A DNA stretch of 64,000 nucleotides from Amoebidium appalachense (Eukaryota > Protista > Ichthyosporea), in the NCBI GenBank assembly GCA_963693365.1, contig CAVNZM010000009.1, positions 6,602,171-6,666,170 of the forward strand. The letters run 5' to 3'. The notes beneath the pieces are model-generated. The model ran no database searches. It saw nothing but the letters and a program-made list of their open reading frames with translations, and had not been told where the DNA came from. Made by a program: the position numbers and the translations under genes. Of this stretch, positions 13,817 through 28,701 are shown one piece after another; within the stretch, counting starts at the first letter, position 1; each line of letters starts with the position of its first letter.

Positions 13817-15931
13817 GAGAAGAAGGGACGTAAGGGGGGGAAGGGGGATGGGATGGCATTGAAGGGGGAGGGGGGGGGGGGGGGGGGGATCACTATAGCT
13901 GCAGTGTGTAAGGCAAATGTGTTCATGTGGATTATCTGGAGGATGGGGGGGGGGGGGGGGGGGAGGGGGGGGCTAATAATACAATGGTTTGGATGCTGCT
14001 ATCGTACATTCCATTTTGTTTCCACCCATACCGTGCTGAAATTTCTCTGTAATCACAGGTGTTTGTTGTGGTTATCCAAACGGTCTTAATAACCCCAACC
14101 ATCGTCATCTTATACGAAATATGCGCCTCAAATCGCAAAGATGACGAAAACACTATCGAAAACCACGAAATCGACACAGACTTCCCGATCACAACCGATC
14201 ACGAGTCCCAATACACCAACACCAAAACCGAAAAAAACACTCAAAAAAATACACAGAAGAAAAACCCCAAGGAAGTGAGCGTTGGTCGTGATGACATATC
14301 ACCATACGTGCCCAGTTTCTACACCGGGAGGGCTACCATGCCGAGCATGCGACCAATCAGAATGGCCGAGACCGATATGGACAGATGCGGGGCTCTGGCA
14401 GTTCCCCCTTGCTACGTAAGTCTATAGAATGTGCTCGTGTCAGCTCGTGTCCCTCTCCCCCCCCCCCCCCTCCCCTCCCCCACCTTCCTTCCCCCCCCCC
14501 CCCCTCCCCAGGCCCACAGTCTTTGACTCTGCATATTTACAGCAGCTACCCTCCCCCTTGGTTTCCATAGTATAGGATCTGCTCAAATCCTTCTCTTCTG
14601 CCCCTCCTCCCTCTCCCCTTACACTTCTCCGGGGGGGGGGGGGGGGGGGAGCGGAGAATGGTAAGGGGGGAGAATAGTAATAACTTTTTTCAAAGCAACA
14701 TCCCACCTCAGTTTGGCCCGGTCTTGAGCGCAAAAGTTACACAAAATCACCTGCACACAATCCCCCCCTTCAGCTAACACCCCCCTCCCCCCTCCCCCGC
14801 TCCCCACAAGTTTCGAGCACCCTAGCCCATAGACTGTTTGCTGGTCCTTTGGATGCCCTCTGGCTATCAGAATCTGATTGCATATTCTAAATCTAAAAGG
14901 TAAAGGGCATGTCCTTTCGGTTTCTGAGCTTTAACTTTTTACTTGCTGGCTAAGTTGATTACGTTTCTTTCTTAACCATTATAACTTATCATGAAGTTCA
15001 TAGTTATTTGGTTTATTGCCATCGGTATCCCCCCCCCCCCCCCCCCCGTCCCCCCGCCCCCGCGTCCCCCCTCCCCCCCTTACTTTTCAGGTATGAGGGT
15101 TCGTTCATGTACTAACAACAGCACTTGCAGGGTGTAATTCCAGACCCACAACCACTCCTAGTCCCCGAGTCCACACAGGCATGCAGGCCTAGAATTGCAT
15201 CCGTCATCAGCCTGCCTGCACCACTGCGACATTCCCTCCAGTCATTGGAGAGCGAGATGGGAGTCCACCAATTAGATTGCGGCAGTCAATTCACGCACCA
15301 GAAAAAAACGAATGGTACCGGACTCTCCGAAACGGTGCATGCTTTAGAATTTCCAGTGAATTCTCCAACTAATCAGAATCAAGAGTCTCAATCACGTGAC
15401 AAGTTCCTGTCCAATCACACGAGGGCTTTGGTCAAGCGTATCGCGTTGAATCCGCTCATTATCGGGTCCGCCATTGGCGTGGTATTTTCTTTGATCGCGT
15501 ACCGGGTCGACCCGAACTTTCAGGTACCCACCATGCTAAACAACTTCATAGGCCAATTCGGGCACTGCGTTGGCGCGATCGCACTTTTCCAAATCGGATA
15601 TTTCATGAACGATTTCCCGGTTTTCCCTTCGAAGGGGCTCCGCGTTCCCCTCATTTTGTCGCTTTTGGGCCGGTTTTTCGCGTCGCCTTGCATTATGGGT
15701 GTGATCGCGTTCGGAGTCGGTTTGCGTCATTTGGAGTGGGGAATAATCACGCTCCAGTCGGCTCTACCACAGGCAGTAATCACTTTCTCTCTGGCGACGT
15801 ATTATAAGGGGGATGCACCGTTGCTTGGGTTGAGTGTTGTGTATGGGACGCTGCTGTCTCTACCGATCATGCTGGGTTATTTCGCTGTGGTGCAGGAGGT
15901 ACCTGTGTTTTATGTTGCACGTGCACCGTAG
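11705..15931 (+). CDS. PIN: PIN-like auxin efflux carrier (AEC/Mem_trans family) transporter, 528 aa; exons 11705-11815, 12793-13110, 14059-14415, 15131-15931
   Basis: Three phase-0 GT-AG introns; two hydrophobic halves around a ~190-aa hydrophilic loop. Motifs VIPMYGAM, GIQQFLVYFCFP, SFPNSLVVGVPIL, NPLIIGSAIG and QSALPQAVITFSLATYY parallel plant PIN VPLYVAM, GINRFVAxFAVP, LPNTLVMGIPLL, NPNTYSSLIG and QAALPQGIVPFVFAKEY. Confidence 0.85.
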
Positions 15932-16086
15932 ATCGTGGAATTAGTGAGTGAGTGAGGTAATGTGATTTTGCGGTCATCTATTACTTTCAGATCATATTTT
16001 GTCTCGATCTTGTTCCCTGTTTTAAATTTTGTTTTTGTTTCTTCGTTATTTTTTTTTTCTTTTTTCTTTATCATTTATTTTTCGCT

Positions 16087-16117
<31 letters not shown>

Positions 16118-16484
16118 GGAGAGGGGGGGGGGGGGGGGGGGGGGGGGGACGGGGGGGGGGGGTTGGGGGAGTGGAGGGGGGATCCCCAGGGAGGTTCGCC
16201 TGTTTTATCTTGCTTGTGTGCCCCAAATCTCAAAGCGGAAAAAAAGAGATTGTGTGTTCGTTGACAATAGACTTGAGTTGAATAACGGGTGGGATTGGTG
16301 CCTAATCATTTTATTTATAACCTATCTGCAGTGTTATGAATGTATGTTGTTTGCTCTCACTCCCTCCCCCCTCCCCCCCCCCCAATAATTTCTGTTTTTT
16401 TTTTCCCGTTTCCCTTTTTTCTTTTCCATTTTTTCCCGCTAGTTTTGGCGGTGTTGGTGTTCCTTTTCTGTTCTTGTTTTCTTT

Positions 16485-16531
<47 letters not shown>

Positions 16532-17064
16532 ATAATGGGGGGGGGGGGGGGGGGGGGGGGGAGAGGGGGGGGGGGGGGGGGGGGGGGGGACAATAGCGAA
16601 ACTTTAATTAGCCTATTGATTGTATGTAAAAAGGCCACATGTAGAATCTGTATCATTCGGCACTGTCTGTGAATGATACACGTTTAAAACACGATTGCAC
16701 AGAATCTAAACTTCTGAGGCTGGACCTTGGGAAATTACGGCACTGCAATTGTAATTACACCTTGTAGTTAACAAAAATTCCCGTAACCCCTGCATCCTGC
16801 CCCCCCCCCCCCCCCCCAAAAAAAAAAAAAAGATGGTGACCAGTATAGAAAATACGGGAATTATTCACTAATTGGAAGTGAATCAGAGTCTGGAATCACT
16901 GTGACCTCCACGAACTCTTTTACGTCCTGTATTATTGAGAAATTACAAAGGATGTGCCTCCCGGCCCCTCCCCTCCGCCGCCCCCATTCCCCAGCCATCC
17001 CCTCCACTTCCCTCTCCCCCCCCCCCCCCCCCCCCCATTCCCCAGCCATCCCCTCCACTTCCCC

Positions 17065-17098
<34 letters not shown>

Positions 17099-17944
17099 CC
17101 CCCCGGGGTCTTGAAGTGACCTATTCCGATCTTGGCAAACTCTGAAATCATTGAAATGGCCAGTACTAGTGGCAAATTTATACTTCCCAGACTCGACCAT
17201 GTGAACAGACTAGACTAAGGTGTGTTAAACGTTTGTGCACGTGTTGCGAGATCACACATGTGGGCTAGGGCAGGAATGGATGGCAACTGGTGACCGGTCA
17301 GCCTTTTGTCCCACAATCAAATGCATCAAAGCACATCTGGTCATATTCGTGGCTTGCAAGCGTTCGTTAGACGGCGATCAATTTCGTGTTGCACTGAAGC
17401 CACAACGGCACATGCAACCAGCTCCCTCACGAATTCCAGTTTCTACCTGGTTTCCCCCTTTTTTCTTATTGCGGAAAACACAAGATCCGTATATTATATA
17501 CTTTTGCACGTGTTGAGTTTGTACTACTGACAACCTCCCACGGGGGTCACAAGTAACGGTGACATGTTGCATGATCCAAGCGCTACTGACACAATGAACG
17601 CAACACGTATGTGTGCAAATTAACTCTTGACCAACCTTGTGAGTCAGAGTCAAGTATAAGGCTGCAACTTGAGAGGTGACAACACCAGTGCGAAAGAGCT
17701 GGATGGGTAGGCACGTTTATACCTATGGGTTTTCAAAGCCCTATCTCTCCCCCTTAGCCCTTCTCCCCCTCGAGGCCTCCCTCCCCCCTCCCCCCTCCCC
17801 CCCCCCCCTCCCCCCATGGCCACCCACCCATTCCTTCCCCCCCTTCCTCCCCTTCTTTCCCCCTTTCCCCCCGGCCCCCCTACACACACGTTCACACACA
17901 CGCACACGCACGCACACACACACGCACACACGCACACGCACACA

Positions 17945-18062
<118 letters not shown>

Positions 18063-19352
18063 CACACTGTGCAGCGTGGTCCCCTTCCTCTCACACCCCC
18101 ACTCCCCTCCCCACCCCCCTTGGCCCCCGTTGCCCAATCCGACTTCACTATGCATAGTTATCTCACACTTAAAGTCGACCCTTCAGAGAACACCTCCGTT
18201 TAGCCAACAGGACGGATTCAACGCTAAACCATTAAATATTTAAAGATTTCTTCACTAGTAATGTATTGATATATTCTCCCGGTGTGCGTGCGGGTGTGTA
18301 AATTGGGTTTTTGTGTTGAGTTTGAGTGCTGCAGATGCACGGGGTGCATGGATGATCCTTGCTCGAAGACATGTGGTTGTGAGTATGGCGGCATATGTGT
18401 GTGCATGTGTGTGCCGGTGTGTGTGTGTTTGTACTGTGTGTGCGTGTGTTTGTGTGTGTTGTGCGTGCGCGTGCGTGCGTGTTTCTTTGTACATGTAGTT
18501 GATCCGTGTGCGTGCATGCGTGTGTGTGTGTGTGTGTGCGTGCGTGTGTGTGTGTGCGACACCGTGTGCGTGTGCGTGTGCGTGTGTGTGCGAGTGTGTG
18601 TGTGTGCGTGTGTGTGGGTGTGTGTGTGCATTCGTGTGTGTGTCTGTGTGTGTCTGCGTGTGCATGTGTGTGTGTGTGTGTGTGTGTGTTTTCTTGCGGC
18701 CGTGTGTTTGTGTGTATCATATTCAACTCTAAGTAGGCCCGTGTCAAAATGCGGTGTAGGTGTTGGGTGTGTATGAAAGGTTTTTTAAGGGTTGGGAACC
18801 TTGAATTTATTTGTGTGCACGAAGGCGGGATGCGTGTGTGTGCGCGTGCAGTGTGGCCTGACCCCGAATAACTGGGGCCAGGCCTGTATATGTAAGCCTT
18901 CCGGTGCAACCACAAAATGCAGTCAGTGTATGTGTAATGCATGGATATGTAGCAAACTGCAAGTTAACGGTTATGGCACGACCTCATGCTTTGCACGTTT
19001 TTGGTCATCACCGTTACACGTGTACATGTTACCGAGCCTCAGGTGAGTTGGCAAGCGACTAATCAACTCTGCTGGAGAACGGTCGGTTTAAATGTGCTAT
19101 GGGGCCCCATAGTTTATTCCCACAATCAAACACACCAGAAGTAGATCGATTATAAGGAAGGGTGTCGAAACATTATCCACTCGGCGACTGTCACTTACGA
19201 AGTGCACACGGACATAACATTAATCGTGCAGTCCATCTTTTTGAACGTGGTTGCCCAGGTTCCTGCCGCTGAAAACAAAGGTCACATTTTTTTTTTCTTC
19301 TGTGTCAGAATCTTTTTTGGGTGTGTGTGTGTGTGTGTGTGGTGGTGGTGGT

Positions 19353-19402
<50 letters not shown>

Positions 19403-19609
19403 GGGGGAGGGGGGATTTTGTTGCTCGTGCGCCGTAAATCGTGGAACTGGTGTGTGAGCGAGGTAATTAATTTTGCGGTCTTCTATTATTTTCAGATCAG
19501 TCTGTTTGTTTTCCTGTTTTAATATTTATTTTCAGTTTTTTTTTTTTTTTTTTTTTTTGGGGAGGGGGGGGGGGGGGAAGGGTTGGGGAGAGGAGTGGGG
19601 GGGGGACGA

Positions 19610-19640
<31 letters not shown>

Positions 19641-20648
19641 GACAAGAGAAACGGAGCCTTGTGTGTGTGTCAGGGTGTGAGGGGGGGGGAGGGGGGGGGG
19701 AAGTGAAACCACGAGCACGTTAGTTTAGTATCTGACCGATTTATTGTTCCATTCATTAGGCAGATTCTTTGAGGCTGGACCTTAAACAAAAATGGCTTTG
19801 CCCCTGTATATGGTAACCTAATATTTGAATTTCTATCCAAACAGAGATCACAAAAAACACATCGTGATAACCTGGCTGGCCGGTTTTTAGTGGAAGACAG
19901 TAGTCCCTAGGAGGGTCCCTTAGGGGCCTCCTTCGAATTCGTAGACAACATGGGATATATAAAGAAATAAACCCGTGCTGGATATGCATACTTTATCCTG
20001 AATTGATCAAAACGTAATGCTCGAGCAATCGCCACAATTCAGGAATGCCTCCTCTAAAAGGATGGGATGCGTAAAGTGCTTACTACTTTAACAATGGAAT
20101 CCCCCCCCCCCCCCCCCCCCCCCCAGCTCCAAACTCGAAACGCTCAGACAACAATAGAATCCCCCGACTTCCTCCCCTCTCCTTACCCCCCTTCCCCCCC
20201 TCTCCCCCCCCCCCATTTTTACCTCCTCGCCCTCCTCCTCCTCTAGATAGCCCAATAAAACTGTGTCATTCCCACCCCTTCTTCTTAGAATGAACCATTA
20301 CAGTAGTAAATGCGGCTTTTTTCCCACAATCATGGGGGGCAGAGTACATGCCATAATAATATGGGCTGGAAGCGACTTAGAGTTGGCGGCCTTTTTGATT
20401 TGCACAAATCCACGTGTGGTGCAAGAAATGAGCACATGCACCGGCTCAGGGGACGCCTGTTCCACAACGTTGCCGAAAACAATGTTCAAGAATTACTTTG
20501 TATCGATTTGGATTTGCAGAGTAACATCATACGCTCGAGGCTATAGTCCATACGGTCCCCTCACGTTCCAGTGCGTACCCCGTAGGCACACCCCACGCTG
20601 ACACTGAACACATTACATGTGCGTGTGTGGGTGTGAGTGTGCGGGCAA

Positions 20649-20694
<46 letters not shown>

Positions 20695-20747
20695 CATGTG
20701 TGTGCGTGCGTGCGTGCGTGCGTGTGTGTGTGCGCGCGCGCGTGCGC

Positions 20748-20837
<90 letters not shown>

Positions 20838-20903
20838 GGCGTGTGCGCGTACGCGTGTGTGCGTGCACGCGCGTTTGCGTGTGTGCGTGCGTGCATGCGT
20901 GCC

Positions 20904-20963
<60 letters not shown>

Positions 20964-20967
20964 TGTG

Positions 20968-21006
<39 letters not shown>

Positions 21007-21294
21007 ATGCGTGCGTGCATGTGTTGCCTTTTCTTTCTTTCTTTCTTTCTTTCTTTCTTTTTCTTTTTTTTGGGGGGGGGGGGGGGGGGGAGGTGGGGGC
21101 GGGGGAGGGGGGGGGGGGGGGGGGGGCATTAAGCTTAAGGAAAATAATTAGTCTATTGATTGCGCCCAGATTCCTGTACAAGTTGCTGATATGAGACTTC
21201 TGAATCACATACATATCCGACGATTTCCCATATAAATCTTTTAAGTTGATCATCTCGAATCCCCACAATCGTACCTTATGTCTCTAGTCACACA

Positions 21295-21620
21295 ACTTTT
21301 CCTCCCTGGCCTTTGTGATTTCTTTTCTACGTATTTATTTGCCCCCAAGGGGTCCAGATGTTAGCCAAAAACTTTGATTGCTTTCCCTGAGTCGAAGGAG
21401 AAAGAAAACGACGAGGTTACTACCCCCCATACCCCCCACACCCCCCACACCCCTTCCCCTCCCCCCCGTCCCCCCTACCCCCCTCCCCCCTCCTCAGCCC
21501 CCGCTTCTTTCCCCCTTTCGGTCCCCTGTCCCTTCCCAACTTTTCCTCCCTGGCCTTTATAATTTCTTTTCTACGTATTTATTTGCCCCCAAGGGGTCCA
21601 GATGTTAGCCAAAAACTTTG
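21295..21620 (+). repeat. ~80-bp near-identical direct repeat (21295-21376 and 21538-21620)
   Basis: AACTTTTCCTCCCTGGCCTTT...GCCCCCAAGGGGTCCAGATGTTAGCCAAAAACTTTG occurs twice. Confidence 0.85.
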
Positions 21621-21720
21621 CAAAGCAAGCAGGAGAAATGGGAACGGGGGAGGTAGAGACAGAGGGAGGGGACTCGGAGGAAGGGATGGAAGAAGAAGGA
21701 AGCAGAAGGGGAGGAGGAGG
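21387..21720 (+). pseudogene. Decayed fragment of the 5' end of the nucleolin-like gene
   Basis: CTGAGTCGAAGGAGAAAGAAAACGACGAGGTTAC (21387) resembles the exon-1 end CTGAGTCGGAGGAGGAAGAAAGTGACGAGGTAAC (25309). GAAATGGGAACGGGGGAGGTAGAG (~21634) resembles exon-2 GAAATGGGGGCTGGGGAAGTAGAG (~25807). Confidence 0.5.
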
Positions 21721-22985
21721 GACCCGAGGTTTTTTGTTGCTCTGCACCGGAAATCGTGAAGCCTTTGGGATTCGTGATGATAATGAGATGGTGTAAATTG
21801 GAGCAAGTTGTTCACGGCATCTATCCAATCTATCCTGCATTCCCCCTTCCCTAGCGTTTTCTTTTCCCCTTCATTCTCAGCCTTTTCTACTTGATTTTGT
21901 TTAATTGAATTTATTTTTTTTGAGGGGAGGAATTAAATTTATATTTTTTGAGGGGAGGGGGGGGGGAGGGGGGGGGGGAGAGGTGCAAGGGGGAGGAGAG
22001 GGAATGGGGAGGACGGGGGGAGGGGGAGGTGGGGCAGGGGTGCGAAGGGGGAGGTTGTGTGTGTGGAGGGGGGAGAAGGGGAAAGGGCCGGGGGGGGAGG
22101 GGGGGGGGGGGGGGGGGGGGGGGGCTTTTCCCGTTAAGTTCTTATGACATCAACGTCTCGACTCTAGGCCCAAACGACGGCCTATATTTGCACCTAAACA
22201 GGAACGTGCAGGCTGTCCAGGCTGCAGCGTCCAGGTTCGCACAACCAATTATTCAGGATTAATTCGGTAAGCTCTTTCTGTCCCACAATCAAGTACGTCA
22301 ATGCTTGCCCAGGTATTCAGGGGCTGCGTACCTGTTGGGATTGGCGACCTGGCAATGCATGTTGCGTATAATATGCTCCAACCATATGCATATGCACCAA
22401 GTCTTGGTGCATGATTGCTCGCCAGTGTTGGTCGCCCATTTTCTTGTTTCCAAAAATACGCATACATGCACACCTCATTATATAAGTTCATGGAAATCGT
22501 GGCGACCTTGCACCCCTCAGAGTCGAGCTCACTTGCGTACTTACCCTACATGGCGTGGCTGCGCAGTGACACGTCACACATGTATCATTTGTATCATGGT
22601 ACGGTGCACAGACACACACGCGGGCATGCATGCAGGCACACGCACACACCCACACACTGGATGATCCAAGCAGATCGTCACGGTGGTCAGCCTGACTGCG
22701 TCCGTGCGTGAGATTTGTATTTTCTGAGATTTTTCCTAAGATTTTTCTAAGATTGTTCTGTTCAAGTACACGCGCACCTTTTAAGAAAACCTTCTAATAC
22801 GTTTGCACACAACATCATTAGAGTGGGGCAATATGTTGATTTCTAGCTTCTTTTGAAAGGGAATTCGACTTTCGTACAACTTTGGGCCGCTGAGCCATAT
22901 CCTTTAATTGGTGCGAGCTATGTAATACTATGTATCATACATAGGTCTCAGTGCAAAAGAGAATCATTATAATTAGTGCTACCCC

Positions 22986-23030
<45 letters not shown>

Positions 23031-23501
23031 ACCCACCCACCCACCCACGGCCCCCGGCCCTCCCCTTCTTTCCCCCCCTCATACGTCTTTGCTTGTCAAT
23101 CAATTTTCTTATGTGACCAGGTGCTGTTTGTTCTACGTCGAATTCATATCGCAACCCCCCCTCCCGCCCCCCCCCCCCCCCCCCTCCCCCCCCCCCCCCC
23201 CCCCCCTCCCCTTTTTTTTCCCGGCCTCTTCCCACCCCCGCTCGAGGCTCCTCCGGGGCCCACCAAACAAGTATCATCATGTCTGCCCCCCCTCCCCCCC
23301 CCCCCCCCCCCCCTTCGCGGGGCCACTGCAAAAAAAAAGAAAAGATTAATTATGTGTAGTATACTACGTTGCCTAGGCAATTGTATATGTACACTATGTC
23401 CATGATGGCTGTGTATATGCCTGTGTCCATGTGTGTGCCGTAGTCTGGAATAGTCGTGCTAATTGTGTGTGTACATGCGTGCGTGTGTGCGTGTTAACGC
23501 C

Positions 23502-23826
<325 letters not shown>

Positions 23827-24565
23827 TCAACACAAGTTGGGAGTAGCAGTTGAAGTGGAATTAATATTCCGAATCTTCATTAATATCCACATATCATTTA
23901 CTATTCACCATGTTTAATACTGGCCCACAGCAATACAAATAATGTGCCCTTTTGAGTGGTAAGTTTTTCTTCTTCTTTTGACTCGGGTTTATTGATCCGT
24001 TGATAAAGGCAACGTGCAGCCACAGGCTACATAACCACCAATAGAACTGAAAGAGCCAAAGCTACGAAATAAAAATAAAGCGACAAGTGACAAAGGACAC
24101 CAGCGGGCAAAACCGTAAGTGTACGTGTATGCGTGAAACTAGTTTGCTCCAACTAGTCATATGCATCGATGTTGACCAGACCACACTCTGCAAGAAGACA
24201 TCATTACTGCTCCTTCCCAACAGGCCCCCCTCAAAACCTATCGAGGCACAGCAAGCAAGTCAGCCTCTGAAAGAGCAATGCAGACCAAATCTGAGCTAAA
24301 AAACAATCCCAACGGGCCCGGCCCCTAGATAACCCGGAGAAACTGCATCTAGCTCTCTGATAAGGTGGCCTAGGTGTGGCAGGATATGTCGAAGAGACAG
24401 TGTGGTAAACTATTTTTCTGTTTCTCTAGCTGGCATCAACCTGGAATCACGTGCACCCGTCACAAATGTGCGCACCGGCACGTCCCATGGCACCGCACAC
24501 ACACACACAAACGCACACACACACACACGTGCACACACACGCACACATGTGTACCCACACGCGCG

Positions 24566-24693
<128 letters not shown>

Positions 24694-24820
24694 CAGAAAG
24701 AGAGAGAGAGAGAGAGAGAGAGAGTAAGATATTCACTTCCTTGTTTGCACTCCTGAAAAGTGGCAGGGTCGCGAACAATCATTCACATGCATAAACCCAT
24801 GAATGATTCCCCCCCTCCCC

Positions 24821-24855
<35 letters not shown>

Positions 24856-25259
24856 ACGCACACACACACACAATCTTCTCCCACTTAATGAATTAGGGGG
24901 CCCCTCGAACTCAGGATGGATTTTTAAATACCAATGAACTGGGCAGCACCAGTGGGTGGAAAGTGGGGCGGGATTCAAAGAATCTGAGTGGGAAAGGAAA
25001 TGGAGGGGGTGAATTCGAACGCAATTACTCGGAGGAGGAAGTCCGAGGTTTTTGCTTGGCAGCCAATCAAAATTGCTTCTGTCCGTATTCGAATTCTTCC
25101 CCCTTGATGGTTTAGGGGGGCATGCCCCATGTACACGTGCAAATGCACGGCACCAGTGCACAGCGCACTCCAAGTATTTAGTTGTTACATGTTTCTTCAC
25201 GTTATTTTCTCATCTAATCTAGGGGCACGTTTTTTTAATATTTTTAAGGTTCTTAGAAG

Positions 25260-27020
25260 ATGGCCAAGAAGGGGGCGAAGCCACCACCTCCCAAGGTGAT
25301 CGCAGTCGCTGAGTCGGAGGAGGAAGAAAGTGACGAGGTAACCCCCCCCCCCCCCCCCCCCTACCGCGCCCGCCTCCTTCCCCTCGGTCTCCTTTCCCGT
25401 TTTCCTTTGCCTTCATCCATCCGTTTCCTCCTGCCCTTTCACCCACTACCCCAGCCTACGGTCCCTTCGGTGTCCCACCTTCGCCCCACCACCACCTGTG
25501 CAAAACAAGTGGATTCCTTGTTCCTCTTTCTGCCTGTAGGCCACATGTCTCAGGCCTGCCATTGTAGTCCCTTATCCTTATCTTGTCTTTGCGGCGCTTG
25601 CTCACGTTTCTATGTCTGTAATGCCGTTCGACTGCTTGCTCGATCATCACGTCTCGTTCTGCCACCCCGACTTTCAATCCTCCCATTCCCTCCGTGAGCC
25701 CAGTTCAGATGGTCCCAGGCTGTCAGAGCTATGAAGTAACAAATCCAATTGACAGGTGGTGGAGTCGCAAGAGGAAGGTGATAGCCAGGAAGGCAGCGAC
25801 GATCAGGAAATGGGGGCTGGGGAAGTAGAGGGAGAGGAGGAGGAGGGAGATGAAGAGGAGGAAGGGGAGGAGGAGGAAGAAGGGGAGGAGGGAGAAGGAG
25901 AAGAGGAGGAGGGGGAGGGAGAGGAGGGGGAGGGAGAGGGGGAGGAGGGAGAGGAGGAGGATGAAGATGAAGAGGTGGATGACGGAGATGAGGGGGAAGG
26001 AGACGAGGAAGGTGTTGAAATGGACGAAGGGGATGACGAGGATGACGAGGATGACGAGGCAGAAGAGGAGGAAGAGGAAGAGGAAGAGGAAGAGGTCAAG
26101 AAGCCAGCCAAGGCACAGGCCAAGAAAAAGCCCGAAGCATCGAACAAGAGAAAACATGAGGCGGTGGAATCGGACGATGAGGAGGAACATGCCGGTCGTC
26201 CAGGAAAGAAGAACAAGCCCACGTATGATGGGGACATCACCCAGACACTGTTTGTAGGGCAGCTGAGCTGGGAGACGGAGGAGGATGCGGTGGCCAAGAT
26301 GTTCAAGAGCAGAGGGTTCAAGGTGGAGAAGGTGAGACTGCAGAGGCACAAGGACTCGGGCAAGTCCAGAGGGTACGTTGTTTGTGTGTTTGGTCAATAT
26401 ACCCCCCTCCCCTTCCACCTCCCCTTCCCCTCGCTTCCTCCCCCCCTTCCCCCCTCCCCCCTCTTCCTTCGTCCAATGCTCCTCCCCCCACCCGTCACTT
26501 CATTCGTTCCCTCTTGGTCATCCCCCCTCCCCCCTCCCTTGGGCTTGGGGAGCCCACTGTGGTGATGTCCTCTGATTCCAGTAAACGTTTTTTTTTCTTT
26601 GTGGGCACACTTCTTTTGGTGCCCCTAAGTCGTGGCCTTTTTTTTTTGTTTTTTTGATTAAAGGTTTTTGGGGTAACGGAGTGACATGTCTTTTTCTTTA
26701 CAGCTCTTCATTCCCACCCCCTTTCTCTCTCCATTCGTTTCTGCTTTTTCTATTTAAGGCTGCTGTTCTCTGTCCCCCCCCAACCCCCTCCCATCCCCCT
26801 CCCACACCCTCTCACCCACCCAGCGTCTGTTAGATACACAATGCCAGGAATCGGAAGAGTTGCTTTGCTCCTTGTCCCCCCCCTCCCCCCCCCCCCCCCC
26901 CTCCCCCCCCCCCCCCCCCCTCTCCCCCCCCCCTTCACACACACACACACTCTTTCCCCCGGCTCCCCAGCTACTTCAACACCTTCAACACACACACACA
27001 CATACATGGGGTTGCCAACA

Positions 27021-27083
<63 letters not shown>

Positions 27084-27609
27084 GTAATCGACACATACCT
27101 GGACATTCACGTATGTATACACATATGTCCCGCCCCCTTCCTCCACCCCACGTTGCTCTCAGCCCCATTCCGCCCCCCCCCCCCCCCCCCGCCCCCCCCC
27201 CCCCCCCCCCCCCCCCCTCAACACATCTACATAACCATGCACCCCTTCTCCCCAACACACACACACACGTACACGCGCACACACAAAAACACCTTGGGTT
27301 AAAACTCGGGCACCGTGGATGACTTGGTCATCCCTTGAGGGTGGGCTCTGCATATTGTGCATAATCTTATGTGTGGTTTGCACTCCGCATTGTGTTGTTC
27401 GTTATGTGTAGTTCGTACATTATTACAACCCCTTCCCCCCCCCCCCCCCCCCTCCCCGCGGGCCCTCTCACGCACCCTTCCACCCCCTTCCCCCCACCAC
27501 CCATCCCTCCCCCCCCCCCCCCCCACACACATACTCCCCTTCCCCCGGTGTCTCTCTCTCCCTCCCCCCCCCCCCCCCCCCCCCCCGCCCGCCGCCCGGC
27601 CCCCACCCA

Positions 27610-27658
<49 letters not shown>

Positions 27659-28096
27659 CACACGTACAGGTTTGCCTACGTCGATTTCCCCAGTGCCGAG
27701 ATTGCAGCCAAAGCCCTCGCCGCCTGCCAGGGAGTCACCCTAGATGAGCGCACCCTAAACATCACAAAGGCTGGAGCCCCCCTCTCGCGCGACCAAAGAC
27801 CCCCCGAACCCAAGAGCAAACCCACGACGCTTGTTTTTGTGGCCAATCTGCCTTATGATATTGATGAGGATGCTGTGAGGGAACACTTTGACGGGTACGT
27901 GTGTGTGTGTGTGTCTGTGTGTGTGAGAGGGAGGGAGGGGGGAGGGGTCCACCTTTCGTTTTTGGTGTTCTTATGTGTGTCTGGTGGATGTAATGGTGAT
28001 GGTCGTATATGGGAGTGGCAAGGGAGGAGGGAGGAAACGAGCGCGGGGAGAAATGAAGAGAATTTGTGTGTATAAAAGTCTATTTCTTCTTTTCGT

Positions 28097-28129
<33 letters not shown>

Positions 28130-28168
28130 GGGGAAGGGGGGAGGAAGGCCGGAAAGAGGTGTGTGTGT

Positions 28169-28225
<57 letters not shown>

Positions 28226-28661
28226 TAAGTTAGGTAGGTATATGGGTGCTTAGGTGTATGTTTTTGACCTGGTTTGTGTAAATTTGGAGGGTGTGTAACG
28301 TCAAAGTGTGTCCTTCAGATAAGATACATGCCCCCCCCCCCCAGTGAAACAGTATCTGAGTTGGGTTTCGTTAACGAGGGGAATAGGTCGAAACTCGGGT
28401 ACTGTGGATGACGTGGGCCCCCCCTGAGGATGGGCTCTGCTTATTATGCATACTCTTTATGTATGGCTTGCATTCTGCATCGTGTTATCCGTTTGTTTGT
28501 TCTTGTGTACTTCGTACTTTTTGACGCATTCAAACCCCCCCCCCCCCCCCTCCAGCCCCCCCTCTCAGCGTCTCCTTTCCCTTCTTGTTTGGGGCAAGAC
28601 CTTACTCGAGTGACATTGCGCGTGCACGAACACACATGCTCACACACATGCGTGCACTCAC

Positions 28662-28701
<40 letters not shown>

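Noticed and set aside
20298-20610. TAA/TAG-to-Gln genetic code suggested by in-frame stops in exon-like islands
   Set aside because: Well-supported genes here end naturally at TAA and TAG, and their long exons contain none.
27295-28534. Box C/D snoRNAs in nucleolin introns (GATGA...CTGA)
   Set aside because: The motifs belong to the dispersed repeat, box spacing is too short, and they are not kept in the 59162 copy.
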